From assembly GCA_021432655.1 (NCBI GenBank), contig MU271274.1, forward strand, positions 62,001-110,687: a DNA stretch of 48,687 nucleotides, read 5' to 3'. Below, in pieces: positions 35,524 through 48,046 of the stretch. A program made the position numbers and the translations under genes. Below the pieces are notes generated by a model, which did no database searches, was not told the origin of the DNA, and was given only the letters and a program-made list of their open reading frames with translations. This stretch comes from Atractiella rhizophila (lineage: Eukaryota). The first letter of the stretch is position 1. Each line of letters opens with the position of its first letter.

Positions 35524-37234
35524 ATGGAGGGTCCTCCAAGTTGGCAAGCTTCGACTTCAACCGCTACCCTTCCTCCTCCCCTCCAGCCGCCCCCTCAACA
35601 GCCCCTCCCGTCTCTCCCTCCCCACGCTCAAAATCATGCCCACCCTCCCTCGCAACAGCAGTTCGGCTCGAATCCCCATCACCAGATGCAGCAGTTTTCC
35701 AATTTCCCGACTTATGAAGTCGTGCCAGCACAGGTTCGCTTCAACGGCACTCTCGGGCTTTATCTCACCGCGTTGGCACCTGGAACGTTGTATTTGACGT
35801 GGGACGTGTTGAATAAAGCGTTGCAGCAGAATAACTTGGCCATTCCGGAGCTGGGGTTCACGGCAGGGATGCAGAACGGTGAGTTTCTTGCGTCATTTTT
35901 GTGCAGAGAAGAATGGGCGGAGTGACTATATGTTGGATGGGAAGGACCCCCAGCACCGTATTCTTCGAATGGAATGCAGGTTTCTTCCTCCCAATCTACG
36001 TACGGATCCACGATCTACCCCACTGCCAATGGGACCACCTCATCATCCTATGCCTCCACTTCTCCGCAGTCATCGTTCATTCCCAGTCCTCCAGATGCAT
36101 CGAACGGCCTTCCGAACTTTTTCTCTCCTCAATCAACCTCCCAATCTTTCCTTCCGCCCACCGGCGTTCTCTCACGCACCAACGGCCACACGATGAAACG
36201 CGGTAGGACGACGGAACATCATACGCCTTATATGGCAGGAGATAGGAGTAGTCTCACGTCGCTGGACTCGGGTGACGAATTGATTGGACAACGGAGACCT
36301 ACGAGTCTTCAGTTTACGACCGGAGCGAATGGGACGTCGTCTGGCGTCACCACCCCCGGAGGTTTCAGTTTGATGAACGAGGGAGAGGAGAATTATGTTT
36401 GGGATAGACAGGATTCGCAGCTCTATCCCGCCAATTCTGAACGAGGGAGAGCGGCCGTCGGACGGCCGCATAATGACACCATTACCGTAAGCACTTCCCC
36501 CGCCGCTTGATAGAGTAGTGAAGATTATGTTTGGTAGTTCCCACCAAGATCCTATACCCGCGTGTTCGAGCAAGATCACGAACTGTTCCCATCCACAGGC
36601 AACTCGAATGCATGGCTGAAACACCAGTCTTGCCTACCCAATTGTCGGTTCCGATCGAAAGCCAAACGGCCGGCTGTCATCAGAGCGCATTTGGCAACGT
36701 GTAAATTGAGGACGAGTCTGGAGAACGACCCTTTGAAGAGGTTGTGCAAGCTGCAGATGGACGCTATGAGGTTTGTCCCTCCTGTCCTTTGACTGAGTAT
36801 CGCTTACGGTCTGCCGTGCACAGGCATAAACGGGCACACTTGCGCTCTGGTGAACAGGATTCTCTCGATTTCACGGTTCGTTACACCTTTCTTCATCTCC
36901 AAAATGTTGTTGATGAGTTCATGGGATACAGTCGGAAGGTAACGATACTGAAGAGGGAGACACGGATCACACGGATCACACTCGCTCCTCCTCTGAAATC
37001 TCCTTTGATCATCCAGATGGAGGACTACGTCCAGTAAACCTTTCAAAAGACGCGAACGCTGCTGCCTCTCTTGGACTCTCCTTGACGATTACAGATGGCT
37101 GGCCTGAGAGTCTATCACTATTTGGCTTCGATCCATTGACAGATACGAGCGCGGACCTCCTCAGTGCTCTTCCTTCGACGACGGAACCACCGATTCAAAT
37201 TCCTCCGGGTCTCACGTTTGGGCCAATGTATTAG
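35524..37234 (+). CDS. Uncharacterised putative Zn-finger nuclear protein, paralogue B
   Basis: Five exons inferred. P/Q-rich start; N-domain VRFNGTLGLYL..LYLTWDVLNKAL..LGF; C-domain ITFPPRS..SNAWLK..CLPNC..KRPAVIRAHLATC..LKRLCKLQMDA; acidic/hydrophobic tail ending GPMY*. Confidence 0.7.
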
Positions 37235-38239
37235 TTTGAAGCTTGTCACTGACTCGATTCGATTTTTACCGCTCGATGCTCGATTCAGAGTTCGTTCCTC
37301 ACCGCCTTCAGTTCTTAGACGCTTGCTTGCAGCAGCAGAGACAAATTCGTCAGTTGTTTTCAGTCTAACCGTCAGCATGTCGACGACGTGAATACACACA
37401 CTCTTCAAAATATCCAAAACAAATAAATCACAGGAAGTCGTCCTTACTTGAGATACCTTTTACGATTTTGGGTCATAATTTCTGCTCGTTCGGTTGGGAT
37501 GACTTTCCTCCGCTCTCATCCATCGACTGCTTGTCTTCTTTCGTACTATTCGTTTTCATCAAAACCAACCTGCCGCAATATGTGCCTTCATTACCCCTCC
37601 TCCCTCAAACTTCAGTAGAAGGAAACTACCACGTTCTTTCTCTCTCCTCTTTTTCTTCACTCGCTTCTCATCTGGCTAGTCTTTGCAGCAGAGCAACAAT
37701 CGCTTGTTTCTAGTTTGTCAGGATGGAGCTTCGCTTTTCTTACCTACCAAAACATTTATAATCGTAAACCCCCACGTTAATATACCACCCCTCCACACCG
37801 CCACCCTTTTACTTATCGATTCCACTCTTTATCTTCCCTCTTCTCCAATATTCTGACTTCCTCAAAAGCAAAATACCCTCGTTCACTTTTAGTATTTCCA
37901 CGTCTCGTCGTTGAACTTCCCGAAATGTGTGTGATTTTTTTTCGTCTTTCTGCTGAACAGTGGAAGTGAAGTTGGATCCTCTTGTGCCAAATGGACGATT
38001 TGTGGTGTTTCCCCTCAATGCAGCTGTTGATGCAATCCCTCACTTGCCCACAGATGTTCGATTTTCAAATACAGTGGATCCTTCTAGTTTTCGTGCATTG
38101 ATGTCTTGCTTACTTACTCGATATTTACTGCTACCTTTTATAATAATCAATGCATTTTCATCAGACGTCTCCTTTTTCCCTGTTCCCGGACTCATTTTCA
38201 GCACTCAACTCAATTGCCATGCCAAAGTTCAGAAGGTGG

Positions 38240-39138
38240 TCAGTACACAGATGCGCTCTCAATGCTCCTCCTCCCTTCCTCATCCCCCATGCTGACTCTT
38301 CTCAGTCTCATGGCTCCGAAAACATCCCTGCATTCTCTTTCTATCTCTTCCGCTCCTTCCACCCTGGCATCTTTCCATTCCTTCAGCACCGGCTCCCACC
38401 GCCCCCACACTTCCCGTGCCTCCTTATCCTTGGACTGTTCGAGAAGGTTTCGAAGAACCAAGGGGAGAGAAAGCAGTGGTGGAAGGTGCTCGATGGGTGA
38501 AAAGGTACGAGAAGGAGGTTTTGGTGCTGGGAGAGAGAGCGTGGATGAGAGTTGGGATATTGTTGAGAAGGAAGTGCGGAGGCGGTCTAAAGTAGAATCA
38601 AGAGAGTCGGCTCGACTGTTCAGCTGAGAAACAGTGTTAGTCCGTGGAAGAGGAGTAGAGGGATCACACCTTTTTGATTGTATCCGACCCGTCAATGAGC
38701 TCATGATGATGGTTGTAAACCAAGGATTGACGCTCGCCATCAAGCTCTCGGATTTCTAGACACGATTCAGAACCTCTCGTTGAACAGCAGAAGCTTCTCA
38801 CCTGACAGTAGCTCTTCATGTTTCTTCAGCAGCTCAGGTACAGAAGCGGTATCCGCAATATGCTTGAAATAAGTTTGTGGTTCAAAGGCAGAGGTATCTT
38901 TGAACACACAATGTCACACCATCTCCAGGTACCGTAAAGCGTGAGAAGATAACGTACCGATCATTAAAGGGTCTCCCTGCACTTCCCCATGCTGGAACGC
39001 CTTAGGAGTGACTGGACTTTGAGGATGCTGTAAGCCATAATACTCCCTCAAAAGATTTTTTGCCTTCCGTTTCGGCGGCGCTGATGACGAGTTGGTGGAT
39101 AGAGAGGAAGGCTGTCGTGACAAAGAGTTGTTTGACAT
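38240..39138 (-). CDS. VPS51: GARP complex subunit Vps51 (Vps51/Vps67 domain)
   Basis: LLREYYGL, DTSAFEPQTYF, EIRELDGERQSLVYNHHHELIDGSDTIKK, LDRLRTSFSTISQL. Confidence 0.85.
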
Positions 39139-39420
39139 GTTGAGTGGTACGGCGGGCGGATCTCTTTAGACAAAGACAATTACAATTCCTTTCCTTGTTT
39201 GAACTTTAACTTTATTTATATTTATACAGGCTTTGCTTTCTCTTCATAGAAAATGAACTTATTTCTCGTCGTTATTACTGTACCAGTATGTATTAGAAAT
39301 ATTAATTCATTGGCATGGCCTTATGATTACTACCAAAGAGCGTAGAGAAACGATGGTGAAATCAGTCAGTCCATAAAGCCCTAATCAACCTGTTTGCTCC
39401 CAGTGGAACGCTGTGTGTAA

Positions 39421-41146
39421 TTAAAACAATGCAGCCACAGCGAGCATCATGCTGACAAATCCGAAGCCAGTGCCACCAGCGAGTATAGTAGCTCCAGAGT
39501 GGTCACCTTGGGACGAGCTTGCCTTTGTACCGGTTGCCTGTGAAGCAGTTTCAGTAGTCGAGCGCGAAGGAGTGTTGTTGACAATTGTAGTGGAAGTCGT
39601 AGAGGAAGTTGAGGTGGTGCTTGTGCTTGTGCTTGTACTTGTACTTGTCGAAGTCGTTGTCGTGCTGGTGGTTTGGGGGAGGGCAACAGCATTGTTGGGG
39701 GAGATTGTGTTTTGAGGGACGCAGTTGGATTTGGGAGGAGCAGGATGAGCAGCAGGAGTGTGTCCGTTGTCTTGATGGAAAGTAGAGCCGTTATCGATCC
39801 CTTTTAGAGACGTCTAAGCAAAGATACGGCGGCCGATTCTCCAAAGCATCGCTTACCTGGAAATTGTCCAGAGTCTCCATCGCATGAATCGAAAGTCCCA
39901 ATTGTGTAGTCACCTGCATCAAACTGTCAGCAAAATTGAAAGTTGACTTGTAAACACAGTAGAATTCACCAGGGTTATTCCATTCACAACTATTCAAGTA
40001 AGCAGGAGCCGTCACGGAACTTATAAAACCGGCTTACCCCATCACATCATAAATATGTTGGCTGCATTGCACATATTTCAGATGAATTTCGAGAACTGGC
40101 GCAAACGTACCACCAAAGCCACGCATTCGGCCCATCCTTGCACACGCGGAAACAGAATACGGTATTGCTCATGAAATTTGTCCATTCATGGGCTTGTGTC
40201 ACACCACCACCAAAAGCGGTTGTGAACACGATTCCGCCGATTGGATTGCCGTTGCCTAAGATGGAAAGAGAGATGAGGACTGGAGCTCTTGCCAGAGTAA
40301 AAGGACAAACCATCAGCTCCATGAGGATCTACGGCAGATTGTCATATTTACTCTCAGCAGCAAAGGAAACCATACCTAGTTCTCCTGCACTGTTCGCTGT
40401 GTTCCCGGGAACGACGTTTATCTGATCATTTGCGTGAACCATCAGTTTAGAAAGCCCAGGTAAGCATTGACATACCTTTGTGAAATCTCCATAGCCTGAT
40501 GATATTCAGAAAAACTCTAGAGCCGTCGTGAACAACTTGCCAGTAATCTGAACGTAATCAGGAGTCTCGACCTGAACTCTCATGAATAATGGATCGCAGA
40601 GATATGGAGACAACAGCGCTCACCCAATGTGCACCCGTGATAGTGCCATCAGGGATCAACCTCGTGCCATAACCTAGCTCGTGCTATCAAGCGTATTTCG
40701 CGTGAAGGACGGGCTAATGAACCTGGTTTGGTGCACCAAGCGACCTCGTAACGTTCGCTCTCTCCGATCTCCTCAGCCTTTGGACCTGGAGGACCCCAGA
40801 CGCAGAAGTCATTGAGCCTGACGTCGGCCGATAAATGCCATCGATCCCGTGAGAACGGAGAGCCTCACGAGTTGAAGTACAATGTCTGGATAGGTACCAT
40901 TAGTACGTGCTTGAAACTGGGAAACGAACAACAGAAGAACACGTTGTTCTCCGGAAACATTCGTCACTGGAGAATACGGACCTGACACATCGAATCTTGG
41001 CTATTACCATTCCCACAAATGTTGTATCCCTCTTGACCAGTTTCTGTCTGGCTCGGCAAGGACCCGGGATTGTAGGTGGCTGAATACTGCGCTGAAGTTG
41101 TTGAGAATAAACTCGCTGCGGTAACGACAGTGATGAAGGCTTTCAT
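39421..41146 (-). CDS. Secreted, probably GPI-anchored mannoprotein (Cryptococcus MP88-like)
   Basis: Signal peptide MKAFITVVTAASLFSTTSA; GQEGYNIC, DFCVWGPP, EVAWCTKP, GTRLIPDGTITGAHW, DPHGADG, GNPIGG, EWTNFMS..FCFRVC; T/S tract; hydrophobic C-terminus. Confidence 0.85.
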
Positions 41147-42210
41147 GGTGGTCAAGTAAAATAGAACGTTCAGGCACAGAAGTAAATCTCGGGGAGAACA
41201 AACAAGAGTCTAAGGTGTATGTATGACTGAGGAGAAGTTCGGACTCTCGCAACTACCCAGGCGGTTCATTCATAACTGGGTCTGCTGCATCATTATATAT
41301 CCTGCCGTAAGGTTTTAAGGAGTAACAGGAATGCTGGAAGCGACGGGGGCGTGACAAATGGAAAGCAGGTTCTCTGCAGGCACGGAGTGTCTATTTTGGT
41401 AAGTTCGCGTGCCCGCGACGCGTTCAGCACTTCAAGATCGGGGTGTTAAAACCTCATTACTCGCTTGATTACATTTATCAGGCGGATGTTCGATGACTCC
41501 GGCAGTGCGTAACAGGATAACAAAGAAGGCAGTATATAGCCCAATGGAAATCAACATCACCCCGGCTAGGAAGTACGATTGCTTTCATGAATAGCAGCAA
41601 CAAGTCACATGTCGACATATCCAATCGTTCTTCTGCGCATGGCAACTGCTGATAAAAACAACGAACATGTTCCTTGCGACTGAAAAAAAACAAATGACGC
41701 TGAGTGAACAAACTTGAAGCTTCGCGCGTAAAGTTGATAAGGAAAACGATGTTTCCAGTTGAAACACTAAACAAGGGCTACACAGCAACCTGCTCGAGGC
41801 AACCTTCTGAGTAGTAATCGTGGCATGAGTTTAAATGAAAACAAATAAACAAATGAAGTAGTGGGGACAACTTGAAGGTTGAATAACATTCCTCCGGCTT
41901 GTAACTTGAAGAAGGTTCACCGCAACCTTCCCGCGATTTGAAATTAAGATATTGTCACGCTTTGAAGAGATGAATCCACCCAATGAAAGGGAATACATGA
42001 CAACCGAGAAAAGGGAAAGTGCATTTCAAAGCCTTCATACGAGCATGAAGGACACGAAAAGGAGGTTGAGCTTCCAATGTGATGTGGCTCTTACTTTTTG
42101 CCCTGCCAGACTGGAGCATTCTTGACTGGAATCCGTTTCAGCAACGAAATGTTTTTATGTACGCTCACAGCATCGTTGTCCTTGAAGGGTTCCACATACA
42201 TTCAAACAGT

Positions 42211-42658
42211 TCAGGTTTTGATAGCAACACTTTTACCATCGTACAACTTTGCACGTTTCGCAATCTCATCTGTCAGCTCGAAATCATCGACACACCTCAA
42301 CCCGACAATGTACTCGTCCATCTTGTCAAAATGTGCCAAAATGGTGACGCCGCAAGTCTTGCAGAAGTATTGTCCAATGCGTTTGTTGGCGAAGAAGTAG
42401 CCCGTCATGTTCTCCATGCTCCCTTTTAAGAAACGGAAATCGGAGGAAGGGACGGCGCTGTGGGATGGTCAGAAAATATCAATTCCTAAGTGGAGGCACT
42501 TGCATAGAAACTCCGGTGTCATACTTGCAGTAGGAACAGTTGCAATAGTGCAGTTCTGCTTTGGGGGAGTCGAGAGGCGGACACTTGAACTCATAGATAT
42601 TGGAACGGCAGTGGCAGCCTCCGGTGTACGTTTTCTTCTCGCTCGAATCTTGAGTCAT
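42211..42658 (-). CDS. GFA / CENP-V family Zn-binding protein
   Basis: YTGGCHC, CNCSYC, FCKTCGV, VGLRCVD. Confidence 0.88.
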
Positions 42659-42906
42659 TTTAGGCGTTCAAAGCTGGCTTGATAATTCGCTGGCCCTGCT
42701 TCTTCAGAGACTCCCCTTTTATGGCCAAAGAACTGTATTCGTGGCTCTAATTGTGGGACAAGACCAGTCATTTGTGTCATATCAGTCATTCCGCTTCGAG
42801 GTTCCTAACAGCATGAGGATGAGCGCTCCACAGATCGATTTTGGAAATGATCATTATGCAGTCAAAATATGTACAGAAAGAGAGAGTGGTGTCAACTCTA
42901 GATCTT

Positions 42907-44710
42907 TTACTTGACACCCCAAACTCCAAGTGGTCCATTCACGCCACCACCACCATTTTGATGTCCACCATCCAACCGTTTCACTCTCTTCACCAAAAGT
43001 CCAACGCTGAGTGGACCAACGATCGTGCAGACCATAATAGCCCAAGTAATGATGAGAAAAATTTGGTCGCTCTCCCCATCTCCGCCGTCACTATTCGAGA
43101 AGATGCCTCTGCTGTCGGCGAGGGAGGAAATGAGGAAACCTATCTCGCCTCTTGCGACCATTGCACATCCTAAAATTCCTGCTGGGTACAGCGAAAGAGG
43201 TTTCGGAGGATCTGGAGAGGTGTGATCGTTTGGACGAGGAGAGACTTCGACATCTGGCGACTTTGCTGCTTGGGTAGGTTGTCTAGGAGAGGCGTCAATT
43301 TTACTCTTCTTCCTTGTGACGACGAGAGAGGGAGAGGCGGGCGGTTTAAAAGGTTTAGATCGAGATTTCGACTTGTTGTTATCCTTCTTCCACGGCCACC
43401 AATCGTGAGTAATCTTTGGAAGAGCACCTTTTAGTCTTCTCATGATCCTGGGAATGACTGAAGGCATCGACGTCCTGACAAGCCATAGTCCACAGACGAT
43501 CTTTGCGAAGCCCATGAGAATGCTATAGACGATACCTCTCCAGATGACTGGGCCGTCGAACATGCGGGAAATAGGAATAGAGAATCCAATGGACGCGAAG
43601 AAAAAGGGTTTGAGAATTCGGTCCACCGCATGGGAGAGATATATAGAGTAGATTGCTTGCCCCGTCCTTTTGCTGCGATCCTCAAGTTGGTCGCTTTTGT
43701 TACTGGTTTTGATTGCTTGAGCTCCGGGTTCGTTCTCGATCGTGGATTGGGAGCTAGGAGGAGACGTGGTGCAATGGCCAACTTCTGTATCCCACCAACT
43801 GATACATGCTCCGGCGATATAAGCCGTGAAGAGATTCGACGTCCCAGCGTAAGATCCAGCAGCAACAAAAGCGAGGAGAATAAGAAGGTGCAGAATCAGC
43901 GGAGTGTGTTCCAACCTGAGGATACGGTTGGCAAAACCATCTCTCCTCTCCATTCTCTCTCGATTCAAGAACTCTGTCAAAGGCTTCACGATCCACCGAC
44001 AGGCCAGAGGGACGAGCACGGCAAAACCGATCGACACCACGATAGGCCGAATCACATCTGTGGTTTCCAAAGCATCTCGACCTGACGAAGAGGAAGAGGA
44101 GCTCCCGAGATTCGAAATGACCTGAACCATCACCAGCCCAACAACGTCATCCATCATGGCTGCGCTCGTCAACACCACTCCCAGACGGGAGTTGGTTAGT
44201 CCGCTAGTCGACAGAACGGTGAAGGTGGTCCCCAAACTGGTTGAACAGAGAGCTGCTCCGGCGGCAAAGGCTTGAAGACGGGTCGCCTTTGCGGTGGGCA
44301 CGAGGAGGAAGGAGAGAGCGATAGGTATGAGTATGCCCGTCAGTGCCACGCTTGTAGATAGTAACAAGTTGGCTTTGAGAGCTGAAAAGGACGTCGAAAG
44401 GCCACCTTTCAGTTTAATCATCATGAGTGTCAGCTGCTACAGACCTTCAATGGCAGATAGAATTGCTACCTTCGTAAACGAGAAGGATCAAGCCCAAATA
44501 TCCCAACTGAACAATGGTCAGTTCCGCCTCTTCTGTGAGCCATTTACCTGCTGGTGTTCCCCAGGCAACCCCGATGAATATTTGCCCGATTAAACCACAG
44601 TAGACTGTGGAATCCAGGATATAGTTGATCCAATTAAGGGTCAGAAGAAAGCTCCCATTTATGAGGATTGTTCGTATGCTTGGTTCGTGATAAGGAAGAA
44701 AGGACGCCAT
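42907..44710 (-). CDS. CPA2-family cation/H+ antiporter (Na_H_Exchanger domain)
   Basis: GLIGQIFIGVAWG, LGYLGLILLVYEGG, TSLGTTF, AAMMDDVVGLVM, PFFFASIGF, AMVARGEIGFLI. Confidence 0.92.
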
Positions 44711-44947
44711 CCTCAACCGACGCGATCGATAAAAAAAAAAGGTTTACGACAGCCTGTCAGACGACTGTCCTAATGAAAGGATGCAAATTTGATGAAGCGG
44801 CTAGTTATGGTGCTTCTCGAGAATGATTCCGGAATTCTGGTGCATTAAGTATTGTACAAGACATTAAATTACGCAGTAACCAGAAAGTCGATCAATGGGG
44901 CTGCGTATTCTTTGTTAGCGAATTCAGCATCACTTTCGACGACCAAC

Positions 44948-46276
44948 ATGTTAGCTCGAGCACTTTCGCCAGCCCCCCTGACGATGCCACCGCGGCCACC
45001 TGCGCCACCGACCTCCTTCAAGCGCAGGAAGAAGGCAACCCTGCTCGACCGCCTTGCCTCCTTCGTTCGATTCCCACCGCGGACGTCCAGCGTCCAACGG
45101 CCGTCGAATGTGGACAATGATCCACTGCTGCCAGTGGAGATGAACACGTTCGAAGAGCCCGCTTTCTCTTATTCCTCGAAACCGTATCGGCCCTCGATCC
45201 CCAAGCTGCCTCTGCCACGGTATCGTCAGAGCAAGGTCTCGAAGGATGGCGAGTCCATCACGCCTTTGCCCGTCGTACCTATGACAGTGCTCTGCATAAT
45301 AATGATTGGCGAATTTCTGTCCGCTTCAGTCGCCGGTCCTTTCCTCTTCTTCATGATCGAGGGCTTCTTCCGAGAGTCTGGGGAAGCTGAAGAAGGTCTC
45401 GAATCTAAAGTCGGACTATGGGCCGGAATCGTCGCTTCCACTTTCTTCCTCTCTCAATTGCTGACCAGTCTGCTATGGGCTTCTATTGGGAGAAAACACG
45501 GCAGGAGGGTGGTCTTGATGAGCAGTTTGGCGGGTAATACCATCTCGTTACTGCTGTTTGGTACGTCTGCTTTTGCTTTTCCTGTAGTAAAGGTTGGACA
45601 TTGAGGTCTTTTGGTTTTGTAATAAAGGAACTGCTACAAGCTTGCCACAGCTCTTGCTCATTAGATTCGCCCAAGGCCTATTCAATGGTGCCGTTGGCGT
45701 TGCGCGCGGAGTTGTGAAGGACGTTACGGACACAACAAATGAGCAGAGAGCTTATGCTCTTGTGGGGTTCTGTTGGGGAATGGGCGGAATCGTGAGTCTG
45801 CCTTCCGTTCTGACTTGATCGCATCCCGGGATGTGGAAGAATGACAACCTCCTGTCGCATCCTCATTGTGGGCTGTACTGACGACCTCCATGAATGCAAC
45901 AGGTTGGACCAATCATCGGTGGCCTGACAGAACATCCAGCTCTCAAATTGCCCTCTCTCTTCAGCTCTCCAAAACTCGAAATCTTCGTCGTGCACCCATA
46001 CCTCCTCCCATGTCTCATTGCAGCGTGTGTCACCGGGACGGGTTGCCTCCTCTCCATCTTCCTTGGATGGGACGGAGGGGTCAAAGAAGGCGGTATCCGG
46101 TTGGAGGGGGAGGAGAAGACCATTGGGATATCCTCTGCTAGCTCGCCGGACGACAGCGATGATGACCGGCAAGGGAGCTCAAAGGTTCCGATAACGACGA
46201 AGCCGACGAGGAAGATCAGCTTTGCTATTCCAGGAAAGGGGAAGGGGAAGGAGAGTTCGAGCGAGGATGATAGGAG
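44948..46276 (+). CDS. MFS transporter (DHA1/ZIF1/YCR023C-like), N-terminal half only
   Basis: TPLPVVPMTVL, WASIGRKHGRRVVL (motif A), IRFAQGLFNG, WGMGGIVGPIIGG, HPYLLP. No TM7-12 is found before the gap. Confidence 0.8.
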
Positions 46277-46344
46277 GTACGGTTATCCGACTCAGTGTGA
46301 CTACTATGTGCTGACTAGTGAGTTTGCTGACTTTGACCGGCTTC

Positions 46345-47920
46345 TGTATTCGTATTTGTCCTATGCAGATTCACCTACTACAATGTTACTTCCCCAGTTC
46401 CTCCTACACGCGTCCGTGACTTCATACTCCCCAATAGTTGCCTAGGTTTTCGATACTTGCTTCGGCTACTTCGTGTGCTACCGCTGCTCCTTCTTCGGAT
46501 CTCGCATTAACTTCCCCATTAAAGCGCGTAGTCCAGGTAGACGTTACCTTATGCTGGTTTAGCGCGGCGGTTATTCTCCAGGGTTCTTCGCTCGTCGACG
46601 TTTTCATACAGTCGTTAAACTACCTTTCCCTTTGCTGTTCCTATGGACTATGATGCGAGACTCGCCATGGCAAACGGTTTCTCTGCTCTCCACGACCGCA
46701 GTAGCGCAACTGCTCTTAGTACTACCGCCATATACTCGTCTGTGACCGATTTGAAGCCTACTGACCATCGGGAGCAGTCATAGGCCAACTATCGTCCATT
46801 CCGTATATTGGGTACTCGTCCTCGTAAGGTTTGTAATGTTTAGGTAAACATAAAACCACCTCGTCAGGAGCTTCAAGACCCTTCTCCTCCATCTGACCTT
46901 ACATCTCGTCGTCAGGCTTTGCCTTGTACTTCTCCACTCTCTTCACCGGAGAACCACCAGGCTGTAATCCCATGACAATTTGTGTATAAATCTCATCTTT
47001 GTCACACCTGCTCACAATTTAGAGTGCTTCGCCTTAACTTTGTCGTAAACCTTCTTCGTATTGACAAATCGGTCAGTTTTTATACGGTAGCACTTGCCTT
47101 ACCTTGAGTGCTCACGCTACTCACACCGCATTAGGCTTCGAGAGTCCGGGTTAGGTGGCGAGCGTTGTCCCCAATGGTTTTTGCTGGACAAAACGGGGTC
47201 AAGTGAAAGGGGTGTATCCTACTTGTCTTAATGCCTGTACTTCTGAACCAGCGTTCACCAAGGTACTTCTCGGTGTTGCCGTATGACCTGCTACTCTCAC
47301 TGTCCCTCATTGAAGGTGTGTGAAAGGACGTAAGGTAGGGGTCCTTATCAAAGGCGCCCTCCCTGTCAGCAGAGAGGAGGCCAGTCGACTTACTGCAGAA
47401 GGAGGACGAGGAGGAGAAGGCGGGGTTGTAAGTGCCCGCAGAAGCAGTCTGGTCACAATACTTTCTAGCGTGCTTGCCTACTCCATCTCGACCTGGAGGA
47501 CTCTCTTTCTCCTCGGTCTCAGGCAGGGCGGAGAGACGGAGACAGGTTAAGAGGTACCAGTCCGAGAAATTCGAAAACCGAGCCGACCTTTTCACGGCTT
47601 CCTGCGCACAGTCCCTCCCCCTTATCCTCCAGAAGACCCCATAGACGCCACCTCTATCGCCGAACCTACGGCTCTGGATAGCAGCCTGCTCAAACAACTT
47701 ACAGGAAGGTGCCAGCGCGCAGAAGAAGACTTTGAAGGGAACCTGGTTGAACCATGGACCTCGCCCTCATCTCCCGAACGAGCGCTCACCGCAAAGCCTG
47801 TAGGCAAAGTAATACCCAACGTCGTAGCTGGGTATCTAGCCTCTACCTCTTTTATAACAATAGCAACCTGTACTCGTTAGAAGGTAAACGTAGTCGGAAG
47901 CACTAAGACTTCCTTTTAGT
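46345..47920. mobile_element. Decayed repeat or transposon relic, class unresolved
   Basis: Abrupt composition change in the intron after the last MFS exon. It starts TGT, is TpA-rich on both strands, and its frames are riddled with TAG/TAA stops. Confidence 0.5.
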
Positions 47921-48021
47921 CTCTTCTCTTGAATGGCGAATCGTTTCGGAGGTGATCATGATAAGGAGCTGGAGTTTGATCTTGGTGATCGACTTGAAGA
48001 GGAGGCGGGGCAGGGAGAAGG

Positions 48022-48046
48022 NNNNNNNNNNNNNNNNNNNNNNNNN
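48022..48046. other. Assembly gap (25 N)
   Basis: Run of N. Confidence 1.
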
